From assembly GCF_006345805.1 (NCBI RefSeq), contig NC_043000.1:120404001-120468000 (forward strand): a stretch of 64,000 nucleotides of DNA. The letters are read 5' to 3'. The first letter of the stretch is position 1; each line of letters starts with the position of its first letter. The notes below the pieces were generated by a model. That model searched no databases. It saw only the letters and a list, made by a program, of their open reading frames with translations, and had not been told where the DNA came from. Source of the stretch: Octopus sinensis (Eukaryota). A program made the translations under genes and the position numbers. Positions 26,296 to 37,134 of the stretch are shown piece after piece.

Positions 26296-26618
26296 AGTAA
26301 TTACCGGTGATAACATAAAGTTATACAGGTAAGCGGAGGAATTAAAACATTATTTTACTGGTAATTTATTTTACACAAGTATAGCCTAGGCTAGGGTGCG
26401 TCCTATACACTCGTGCATCTTATAGGCCATCAGATACGGGATTTGATCGACACCTTAAGTTTGATATATTTGCTTTCAGATTCATTTTCGTTATTTTGCT
26501 GAATGTAATGACAAAGAAACTGCACAGAGTTATATGCAGCTCATAACATTGTATGACTTGCTTCTGTTAAGCTTTTTGGGTTTCATATATATTCAAGACA
26601 CTTTGACTATGGGCGTTA

Positions 26619-27010
26619 TCTATATATATAAAGCTGAAGTTGTCTGTGTGTGGCAGGTTTGGCAGCCTTCAACTAACACTATCTCCTCCGAGACCCTGCG
26701 GTGCAAGTTGACCAAAATTGAGAGTATGATAGAAGAAGGCTTGCTCTTCATTCCGCAGAAGAAAAAAATTCAAATCGGACCATGTTAACACCAAAAAATA
26801 CATAAAAAAGGTGCTTTTTCTCTATGAAAACCCCCTTTTTTACGATTCTTTGGCTGTTGTGTCGCCATTTTTCGGTGTATTTCAACTAGGAAAACGTTCA
26901 CTTAAAGAGAATAACAAACTACATAATGCAAAATTTTTACTTTTCAAAAATTCCAATTCTAAAGGGTCAAAAAGAAAGCAAGCCCGAGCAACGCTGGGCT
27001 ATACTGCTAG
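26619..27010 (+). mobile_element. Non-autonomous Helitron
   Basis: A|TC start, hairpin AGCCCGAGCAACGCTGGGCT at 26981-27000, CTAG at 27007-27010. Homologous to 1797-2203. Confidence 0.88.
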
Positions 27011-28154
27011 CATTTCTTATAAAAATATCTCTCAGCTGTAGTGTAAATTCCTGAGTATAGATTTTTGTGCGCTTGAAAAATATTAATCGTCTGAGACCAG
27101 AGAAACACATTTTCCTCATTACTTCTGTTTTTGCTTCCCGTCGCTTTTAAAGTCTGTAAAGTATTTTATTCGTGGATACTATAAAGTTCATTTCATTTTG
27201 AAAAAATTATTTTTTAGTTTCTATTTTTTAAAAATAATTCATTAAAGACCATTCTTCGATTATTGATTTTCAATTAATTTTCGATTAAAACCATACTTTT
27301 TTTATCGCAGGATTAATCGTTGCACATATAATAACCTCAATCAAATGAAACAGATAAATATGATTTTAATATTTTCAACTCTGAATTTCTGATGAGACAT
27401 GCGTTATCATTTATTTCCGGTGGACTTCAAGCTCTTGACAAGCATTAGTGTAATTAATGACTGTATCAAAAGATTGTTGTTATTTATGCTTGTTTTCATT
27501 TCTGTTTTATAATTTAACATTGTATCAGACAACTCTAAGTGGTTAGTTATATGAAGAAAAATCAATCAACAAAATTTTGCTATTGTTAAAAAAATCCATT
27601 TCGGCTGATTAAGCAAAGTGATTTTGCAAAGAAGGATAAAGCTATGCTATCATTTAAAACTCTTCTGAAACAATAGCTTAGAGAATCTCAGAATTAAATC
27701 CACGAATCTGTCAAGTTAAGCAGACATCTGGTTATATTTCCTTCTTCATAAATACAAGGACAAAAGGCTGCTGGTCAAATGTCCATGTCACTCTGAACTT
27801 AATATCTGGCGTGTAATATAATATAACTACTTTCATTTAAATCGTTATATCAAGAAGTAAAAACAAACCAGAAGAACTGTATTTCTAAGAAGTTTTGGAA
27901 TGATTAATTTGTATTTATATTATTCTGTTATAGCTGTGACAAAATTGAAGGCATAATTTATTGTGTACACAACATTTATTCATATGACAATTGGCTAATA
28001 AATTATGGAACGAAATTAAAGACGTAATATTTTATAGACAGGACATTTATATTAAGTTTGTCATTCGTAGAACAACTGTGAAACAAATATTTTAAATTCA
28101 GCGATATATATGTGTGTGTGCGTGTGTGTGTGTGTATGTGCATATGTGCGTGTG

Positions 28155-28245
<91 letters not shown>

Positions 28246-28522
28246 GTGCAGCGTGGCTGTGTGGTAAGAAGCTTGTTTCCCAACCATATCCGACCATATT
28301 CCAGGTTTTGACCACATGGTTTGCTCTGTTTGAAAATTAGGAGGCTGATACATGAAAAACCACGAGAAAAAACGAGAAGTCAAAGTGTGAATTAAAACGA
28401 GAAGAGAAAGGAAACAAAAATGAAAATTTGACTTACGTTACCTTTGGTTGTCGAAGACAAAAAATTTGAGTAGTTGTAGAATAGTTCAAAGGCAAAAGGT
28501 CCAAATTTTGCGAGACAGTTGC

Positions 28523-29110
28523 TCAGTCAGGAGAGGGTGGTGTCCTCCTGTTCGTCAAAAGAAATTTGTCTGTATGCTTGCATTTTCTGAAAATATCATA
28601 TATGAAATTAAATAGCGAGGTAGAATTCTTGGATCTTAATAGAACGTGCGATCTTCCAGCTTCGATTTCCCACTTGAAATGTGGTGTGCAGTTGATCTTC
28701 AAACGCGATACGTGGATAACCAACTTAGTAGCTTTTCTTTTGTCGATATGCCGGAAAGAATACTGGTGGTTTGTATAACGTCTTTTGAAATAGCCTTCGC
28801 ATAAGCCCATGTAATTTTTCTTTTTATTTACGTTAACCTGAAGCGTTGCTGTGACATCCATGGGGTAGAAGTCACAGCTGTGAATTATGTGCCTTTTAGC
28901 AGATTTCACTATTTTGAAAGTATTCCATTCACATCCGAGTTTTGTTGAGCAGCTATTGATCCTTAGATATTCAAACTGCGAAGTAACTGCAGAAATTTCA
29001 TCCATTTTGGAGGAGCTACAATTTTCGTTGGCACAACTTTTCTTATATCTGAACAGCTTATGAAAATGATGAATTAATATAAACTTGTAAGTAATCAATA
29101 GAGCTGTCAT
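28523..29110 (-). mobile_element. Penelope-like GIY-YIG endonuclease remnant, 195-codon open frame
   Basis: KKNYMGLCEGYFKRRYTNHQYSFRH..KATKL...KWEI and C-terminal KCKHTDKFLL match the PLE endonuclease pattern I recall. Confidence 0.8.
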
Positions 29111-29803
29111 GGCGAGTAAACGATAATATTAAATTTACAAAACAAAGTTTGATGGATTCACTGGAATCATTTGAAAACAAACTTCAGTTTTAGAATATAT
29201 TGGAATCTAACTCAGTTTAGTTTTCTTTTGCAAATATTAAGTTACATTGCAATATATATTTATAAGCAGCAAAACTTTTTGAACAGCCGTTTGCTTCTAG
29301 AGACCAAACGTTATTGCATTGCTGTACGAAACAATGGTATATAAATCATAATACGAAAAAGCTAAAAGGCTACCGGAAATCCATACAAAAGAAATAATAC
29401 GTTATTCTGACTCAGTATGAAAAGCTCTGTTTTTCCCCACTCTTCTGTAGTAGCTAGGTGTTTGTTATTTTCACTTTCTTCTTTTTAGGAGTGACGTTGA
29501 TAGGGGTTCTTCATATACTAAGGAAATTTGCCAACCAAAATATTTCGCTTCCGGAATTTGAAAAATGGTTCAATATAGCATCTATACATTTTTTTCAATA
29601 TACGCTTTATTTTTCGTTTGGTGAAATCTCTTTCACAATATATTTTGAGGTGTTTACATAAATATTTCAGTTTAGGCAACATAATTTATTCGAGAGACAC
29701 CCTACTAATCATACCTTTTAGTAATTAGATTTAATTTCCGTTAGGTGTAAATATCCTACATCTCCGAAATATTGGAGAGTTAAGCTTGTTTTTCTCTATA
29801 CAG

Positions 29804-29889
29804 AAGGAAACAGTTATGACACTGGAGCTTCTGCTGCGAATGATTATGATGATGATGATGACGACGATGATAACGATGAGAGAATATGA
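29804..29889 (+). CDS. Candidate terminal exon with acidic tail
   Basis: tttttctctatacag acceptor, then GNSYDTGASAANDYDDDDDDDDNDERI*. The acidic run overlaps a GAT microsatellite, so support is weak. Confidence 0.2.
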
Positions 29890-30246
29890 TGGTGATGGTG
29901 ATGGTGATGGTTATATATATATTGCAATGTTAATGAAGGTGACGATAGCGACGACGATGTTGATGGTGATGCATTCAAGGCTACTATTAACATAAAAATT
30001 AACATTCATGACCACGATTTAATTAATTATAAATATCGTTGTTTATAATTATCGTTACGTTTTTGATTTATTCTTCTTAGTTACCATGTTGCTATCGTTA
30101 TGTAGTTCCCAGTGAGCCCCCAAAAAGCAGACCCCCGTTGAACTATTCTCTGGACAACCTGCATATATAGTTTTCAAATATAGCATATTAGACCAAGGAC
30201 CACATTACCAAGTGTATCATTTCTTCACTAAGATTGGGACTCTGCA

Positions 30247-30473
30247 GGCAGCGAGCTGGCAGAAACGTTAGCATACCGGGCGAAATGCTTAGCAGTATTC
30301 ATCTGCCGTTACGTTCTGAGTTCAAATTCCGCCAAGTTCGACTTTGCCTTTCATCCTTTCGGGGTCGATAAGTTAAGCACCAGCACTGAGGTCGATCTAA
30401 TCGACTTAATCCCTTTGTCTGTCCCTGATTGTTCCCTCTGTGTTTAGCCTCTTGTGGGCAATAAAGAAATAAG
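30247..30473 (+). mobile_element. SINE family B monomer
   Basis: Full homology to other B copies. Confidence 0.9.
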
Positions 30474-31280
30474 ATATGACAGAAGCTTGGTGGCTATTTT
30501 TAGCATTTTTTCCGGCATCATTGAATCTGAAACTCATTGTTTTTCTTTCCAGTGATACTCACTTTTGATGTAGCTGCTGTTGACGATAAAATTTGTTTAA
30601 GCAGTTTTATGATTCCAGTCGTGACCATCCTGTTTTTCTGCGTACAATGAACCCAGGACCATATATTCCAACACATTCTTTTCTAAAACGTGGGGGTGGT
30701 GGTTAAGGAAGATATGGTTGCTATTTCTAGTTGGTCTACTAACCAGATAGAAGTTCCCACCCTTCTTACTAGTAACAATAGTATTGATGGCGTGTAGGAG
30801 ATTGATGTCCATTTCCGAGTAAGATCACAGGTGATGTGGGTTAGCTTAGGGTCAAGACCGTTGAAAAGACCTGTAAGTGATACAACAGCGGACATCCAGT
30901 GAAGTAATGCTGCGTGAGAGTACTTAAGCTAATATATCTTTTCCTTATTTAAGACTGCAGTATGTAATTTTGATTAAGTTTTATTGATATATCTAGAAGG
31001 ACATCACATCATATAGAAGCTTCTTTGTTGACTCGTACGACCCTCTTTTGTACGATTCCTTTGTTCATTAGTATGATAATAAGCATAATGAATAATAAGC
31101 ACTATGATAACAAGCATTATGAACATGTAGATAGTGTAAAGATGTGTCGCGAAGTGAGAAGGGTGTTGCACTTATGATCGTAGGATTGAGGTTTCGATTC
31201 CTGAACCGGGCAGTGCGTTGTGATCTTGACCAAACTACTTTGTTTCACGTTACCCCAGTTCAATAAATAATAAATAAATG

Positions 31281-31538
31281 CGCCCTTTTTTTTAAAAAAA
31301 AAAAACCTAACCAGGCTCATGGGTCCGGTTTCTTGGTTTCTATGGCGTATGTGTTCCCCAGCTGGACGGCGCGCCAGTCCATCGCAGCGTTACTCATTTT
31401 TGCCAGCTGAGTGGACTGGAGTAACGTGAAATGACGTGTTTTGCTCAAGAACACAACGCGTCGCCCGGTCCAGGAATCGAAACCACAATCTTACGATCAT
31501 GATGCTGACACCCTAACCACTAAGCCATGCGACTCCAC
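31281..31538 (-). mobile_element. SINE family D, tail type Z
   Basis: Reverse complement of 51439-51686. A degenerate plus-strand D head lies at about 31130-31265. Confidence 0.9.
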
Positions 31539-31645
31539 CCCCAGTCCAATCAGCTGACAAAAAATGGGCAATCCTGCTACAGACTGCCGTCCCATCCGGG
31601 AGGAAAACGAATACGTCACAGAATCAGGGAAAACGGCCCGACGAG

Positions 31646-31948
31646 TGTAATCTCTGAAAGAGCCTTAATACTCTTTATTTTTGAATACATAAATGATTGG
31701 TTTCGATATAATATTATTGTTGGTGTTACTCGAATCGATAAAGCCTCGCATATTCAGATTACGTTCTGTAGTTCAAATCTCGCCTGTGTATCTGTTATGT
31801 CGCTCGCAATACTACACACGAAATCCTCGTCGCCACTGTTATGTCGCACGTTCGGATGACCTCTACTCAACCTCTCTCTACTCTCACCGCTACTCCCTCT
31901 ATATCTACGTAGTGAGCTAGTCTACTTCATCGTCTGGGGGCGTCCACA
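31646..31948 (-). mobile_element. LTR-like remnant with primer-binding-site-like motif
   Basis: Minus strand TG...AATAAA...ACA, with internal ACA-G-TGGCGACGAGGAT at 31823-31835. No TSD found. Confidence 0.35.
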
Positions 31949-32002
31949 GAACAGTACCACAGTCAAAAAAATCATTTCAATACGATGAATACCACCATAT
32001 TT

Positions 32003-32233
32003 AAGGCGGCTAGCTGGCAGAAACGTTAGCACGCCGGGCGAAATGCGTAGCCGTAATTCGTCTGCCGTTACGTTCTGAGTTCAAATTCCGCCGAGGTCGA
32101 CTTTGCCTTTCCTCATTTCGGGGTCGATAAATTAAGTACTAGTTATGCACTGAGGTCGATGTAATCAACTTAATCCCTTTGACTGCCCTTGTTTGTTCCC
32201 TCTGTGTTTAGCACCTTGTGGGCAATAAATAAA
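32003..32233 (+). mobile_element. SINE family B monomer with 16-bp TSD
   Basis: GAATACCACCATATTT at 31987-32002 and 32234-32249. Confidence 0.95.
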
Positions 32234-32476
32234 GAATACCACCATATTTCCAATAATCAAAGCCTTACACTCATCTCCATTTTTGATATGTCGTAACATA
32301 TCTCTTTATTAATCCAAACCAATTCATACTCACAGACCCCCCTCCACTAGCCTACCACCTTTATCGAACATCCCTATTCATATATGTTTTTCCAATGAGG
32401 TATGTTTGTGTAGCTTGAGATCGTATGCTTTTCTGTATTTCAAATTAGAATACGTAGCTTAGACAAAACACTGTTT

Positions 32477-32911
32477 GGATCTTTTCGGTTTGAACGGCAG
32501 TTTTTAACATAATTTCTAGGTAACTAAAAAATTTTCAACTTCGTATACTGGTAGAATGTGTTTATAAAACATCTTTTTCTCTTGGCTTTATTGAGAAAAT
32601 TCTATAGTTTGTAAGATATTTGTTGTTTTTTTTTCTTCAATTTCTGCAATTTCAACCAATCAATGACCGTCTATTGAGGTAAAGAACATTCTGTACCGTA
32701 TGAATATGTCCCTCGTTTAAGAAACAGATTGGGTTTATTTACATTTATGAAGAAAAAAAGATACCCTTCCCCCCACCCCTAACCCTAACCCTAACTAACC
32801 CTAACCCTAAAACATATTGAAATGCAATAGATCGATACTAGGGTCATAATTATGGGTGACAATTTCATATGACACCGCTAGAAAAAACTGCCGTTCAAAC
32901 CGAAAAGATCC
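32477..32911. mobile_element. Non-autonomous TIR DNA transposon with internal (CCCTAA)n
   Basis: Perfect 28-bp TIR GGATCTTTTCGGTTTGAACGGCAGTTTT; 8-bp TSD CACTGTTT/CACTGTTC; telomeric repeats at 32777-32810. Confidence 0.9.
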
Positions 32912-33344
32912 CACTGTTCCAGCTGGGAGATTTGTAAAAGTCCTCAGTTACAGAATTGTTCGATCAATTGATCCCATCTTCAGTCTAGTGAAACTAATAG
33001 GATCGCCGTTCATATTCATATCCTGCTTCAAATGGTAATTTTGGGAAAGAGCGAGTTCTATAGAAATGTAGTTTTTAAGGTACAGAAGCCAGTATTAAGA
33101 GGGTGTGATAAATGTTGGTAGAATGTCATATGAGGCGGTCTTCTAACATTCTTATCGTAGTTGTAATAAATATATCTGTAAGTTCCTGTGCGATATAGAT
33201 TTCAAGATACAGCAACCAATACCAGTGAGTATGAATAATTTGGTGGTGTGGTGAATGATTTGTTATATAAATTTATTATATTAGTCTTATTGGCACAAGT
33301 GTTTATTACATTATTATTATCTTTCAGTTTTCTTGGCACATATA

Positions 33345-33482
33345 TTTATCATCATGATCATGATCATCATCATCATCGTCGTCGTCGTCGTGGTTGCTGT
33401 TGTTGTTGTTGTTGTTGTTATTATTATTATCATTATCATCATCATCATCATCATCATCGTCGTCGTCATCATCATCATCATT

Positions 33483-33544
<62 letters not shown>

Positions 33545-33545
33545 G
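33345..33545. repeat. ATC/GTC/GTT/ATT trinucleotide compound repeat
   Basis: Direct inspection. Confidence 0.95.
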
Positions 33546-34344
33546 AGTGAGAGATTACCCGTCTGATAAGAGTACACAAGGCACATTCATCACAACCTTA
33601 TGTGCGCAACATTGTGATGCCATATCAAGATAAACAGCGCATGACCTTGCATATAGGGCCCAGTTAGAATTTTCTTCTGGTCGAGTAGCCCATCCCAATC
33701 AAAAGGTCCCTGAATAAGGATTGTTTAAGGATGTTGAACAAACCACCCACGTTTCCAAAAGTGAATTATCCAAACCCCAAAGAATTCCTTTCAACACACA
33801 GCTATGATGCTCCCCCACTACTTCTGCTTGTGGTCAGAGATGCACATATCGTCAGCCACTAAGGGACATGGTCAACTGGTTAAGGTCAAGCAACTGACAA
33901 GCGAATCTGTGGTATTGAGCAGAATATTTGATGTAGCCCATCTTTTACAAAACATTGTACATAATAACTCTTCCAAACAGTTAAGATCAGAAGCTGTGAG
34001 AGCCAGTGCCTGGTTTTGCATCAGCGCAACGATATTAATCGGAGTGCTACATGGGTTTTAATATTATTATTTATTATATTTGCTTTATTGTCACATACTT
34101 TTCAATCCACCTTCGAGCGTGGTGGCTGTAAACCTCACCAGATGATGAAGTTAAAACGGCTTTGTAAGAGATCTAAATTCCTCACAATATCATATCCGGC
34201 TCTTCATAGCGATTTTAAAATGAAATTGTAACAGTCAGTCCTTAACATCTCGATTCCTACACAAGGAGAAGCCACCGACATTACAAGATGAGGCTTCTTC
34301 TGCTAGAAACGGCAGCCAAATCGTCCTCTAAATACATCTTACGC

Positions 34345-34775
34345 TTTTACTCGTTTACTTGTTTCAGTAATTTGACTGCGGCGATGCTGGACCACGGCCT
34401 TTAGTCGAGCAAATCGAACCCAGGACTTATTCTTTGTAAGCCTAGTACTTATTCTATCGGTTACTTTTGCCGAATCGCTAAGTTACAGGGATGTAAACAC
34501 ACCGCATCAGTTTTCAAGCGATGTTGGGGGGATAAAAAAAGACACACACAAAACACACACACACAAACACACACAGACGCACACACACACACATACATAT
34601 ATACACATATACTTATATACGAAGGGTTCCTTTCAGTTTCCGTCAACCAAATCCACTCACAAGGCTTTGGTCGGTCCGAGGCTATAGTAGAAGACACTTG
34701 CCCAAGGTGCCACGCAGTGGAACTGAACCCGGAAACATGTGGTTCGTAAGCAAGCTACTTACCACATAGCCACTA
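34345..34775 (-). mobile_element. SINE family A, complete
   Basis: Reverse complement of head, spacer and tail. Confidence 0.9.
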
Positions 34776-34897
34776 CATAATGTCCTCGATTTTACGTAAG
34801 CTATGTTTGAAAACAAGACTGGATGGTTACTGTTAGAAAGTCTTTGAATAAAAGCGTTCTGGACCAGCGTTTTACCTGGAGCTAAACAATAATCTGT

Positions 34898-35205
34898 GAA
34901 GGTGCATGGCTCAGTGATTAGTACGTTGGGCTCACAATCATGAGGTAGTGAGTTCGATTCCCGGACCGGGCTGTGTGTTTTTGCTTTTCAGCAAGACACT
35001 TTATTTTACGTTGTTCCAGTTCACTCGGCCTTAGAAAGGAGATGCGACATCACTTTCCCTTGGGTAACATCAGTGGTGTGGAGAGGAGAACCTGGTATGC
35101 ATGGGCGTCTGTTTGCCTTCCATAAACAATATTGCCTGGACTTGTGCCTCGGAGGGGGATCTTTCTAGGTGCAATCCCATGGTTATTCATGACCGAAGGG
35201 GTCAT
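34898..35205 (+). mobile_element. SINE family D head with tail type W
   Basis: A/B boxes and a CORE-like GCAAGACACTT segment, then a tail unrelated to X, Y or Z. Confidence 0.75.
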
Positions 35206-36165
35206 CCAAAACAATAACAGCATCAAGAAGAGGAATAGCAAAAGCAACAAGTATCCTACTTAATGCGCCCTCCTTCTTTGCAAGTCATTCTTTGAAAGAA
35301 CTGGAAGAAGATTTAGAGATAGCTATGGTAGAATCAAAGGAAACCGATGAAGAAAAACACAAAAACAATGATCAAAGAAACAAACAAATAAAATAACAAA
35401 AAACAAATAAAATAACGAAGAAATAAATTGAAAATGATAAATATGACAATTATACAGAAAAACTATTTAAGAACAATTTTAAATATAAAATTAAAAAAAA
35501 CAAATAAGAACGCTTTTAGAAAGAAGAACCGAGAAGCCAAATTCTAAGTCGAAGCTCATTCCTTAATTTTTCATTTTATCCCAAAGATGAAAGGGAATAG
35601 AGAAACTGACGCAGCAAAATTGGTCGTAGAATACTTGAGAGAAGAGATGACATATTTTAAATGAATCACATGATTTGAAGTGAGCTCTGCACATCACAGA
35701 AACAAATTCAAAGCCAATCGAAGAATTCTTTAGACACTTCAGCACGAATTTCAATCACGACATCAAACTTAGATTTCAAAGTGTGTTTCACGGAAATTCT
35801 TGAAGTTTTAGCTGCAAACTATGTAAAATAACCGGTTGAGGCTTTTCATTCGGCGATGGAAGAACTATGTTCAGCTTGAGAAAAAGTAGCTTTTATCTTT
35901 TACTTCTTTCATTCATTAGACTGCGGCCAAGCTGGAGCGCCGACGTGAAGAATTTTTAGACCCCGTAACATATTTCTTGCTTTAAGTCTGCGTCATTTTC
36001 TATCGATTTCATTTGCCGAACCACTGATTTACGGGAACGTAAACTAAGCAACACCAGCTGTCAGGCAGTGATAAGGGACAAACACAGACGCAAATACACA
36101 CACATACACACGCAAACACACGTGCGCGCACGAACATACAAGTAGTGTATATATATGTATATATT

Positions 36166-36241
<76 letters not shown>

Positions 36242-36242
36242 T

Positions 36243-36440
36243 TCAAAATGTGACCGCGTGTGTACCGTTGGCGATATTTTTCCCTCTGTCTCCCCTTCTC
36301 CTATGTTTCCGACGAAGAACTCCGCTCGAAACGTTAAACCCTCCTTCTTTCCTTCTTTCCTGAGCGTCCAATAATACTATATTTGTTCCACGTCCTCGCG
36401 TTGTTGTGTTTTTTGTGCTTTCTTGTTTGGATTAACTATA
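36243..36440 (+). mobile_element. About 200-bp element with central hammerhead-like motif (family P2)
   Basis: Same boundaries as the minus-strand copy at 45945-46150. Flanked by TA-type microsatellites. Confidence 0.8.
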
Positions 36441-37134
36441 TATATATATATATAGATATACATAAATATGTATGTATGTATATATGTATGTATTTTTGCA
36501 TGTATGTATGTGTATAGGTATGCATGTATTTTTGTATGTATGTATATATGTATGTATGTATGTTTGTATGTATGTACATGTGCAGATTTATTTTATGTAT
36601 GTATTCTTATGTATATACTTCCATATCTAGACATACTCATATATACTTAACGTTCTTGAAAGTTTTACAGATTTTTACGGTTCCAGTGATGGCATAGATC
36701 TGTAATCTTTGAATCAGTTTCCCCCTTTCTGGTTTGAGAAGCCTAATTTCTCTATATATGTATGCATGTATTTATGTATGTATTTGCGTATGTATGTATA
36801 TATGCATGTGTGTATGTATTTGTATGTATAGAAGTGTTGGTTTTGTGGGGTTGAAAGTGCACGTGAGACTTAAAACATATAGTAAATTTTGTAACAGATT
36901 TTCTGAAATAAAGAATCGGTTTCGAGAATTTTTCGTCTTTCAATGGCAAAAAAAGAAAGAAAATAGAGAGAAGGCACAGAAATTCAGAAAAACATACTTA
37001 AAAGATCAAATGTGCATACAAATTCTAATATTCAATAAGTTTCACAGGAATAGACAGTAATACAAGTTCAAATATTCGATGCATTTCATACGAGTCATAC
37101 ATGATATCAATATATCTATATCTGTATATATACA

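Larger units (their letters stand above)
25324..26439. mobile_element. Non-autonomous Tc2/pogo-like DNA transposon hosting nested insertions
   Basis: TIRs TA|CCGTATTTGATGGCCTACAAGATGC and GCATCTTATAGGCCATCAGATACGG. Confidence 0.75.

Noticed and set aside
30563-30870. Minus-strand segment with strong splice sites, plus short ORFs on both strands
   Set aside because: No frame spans it and no peptide is recognisable.
33545-33960. Possible ancient interspersed repeat
   Set aside because: It seems familiar but is single-copy in this window with no diagnostic structure, so it cannot be supported without a database.
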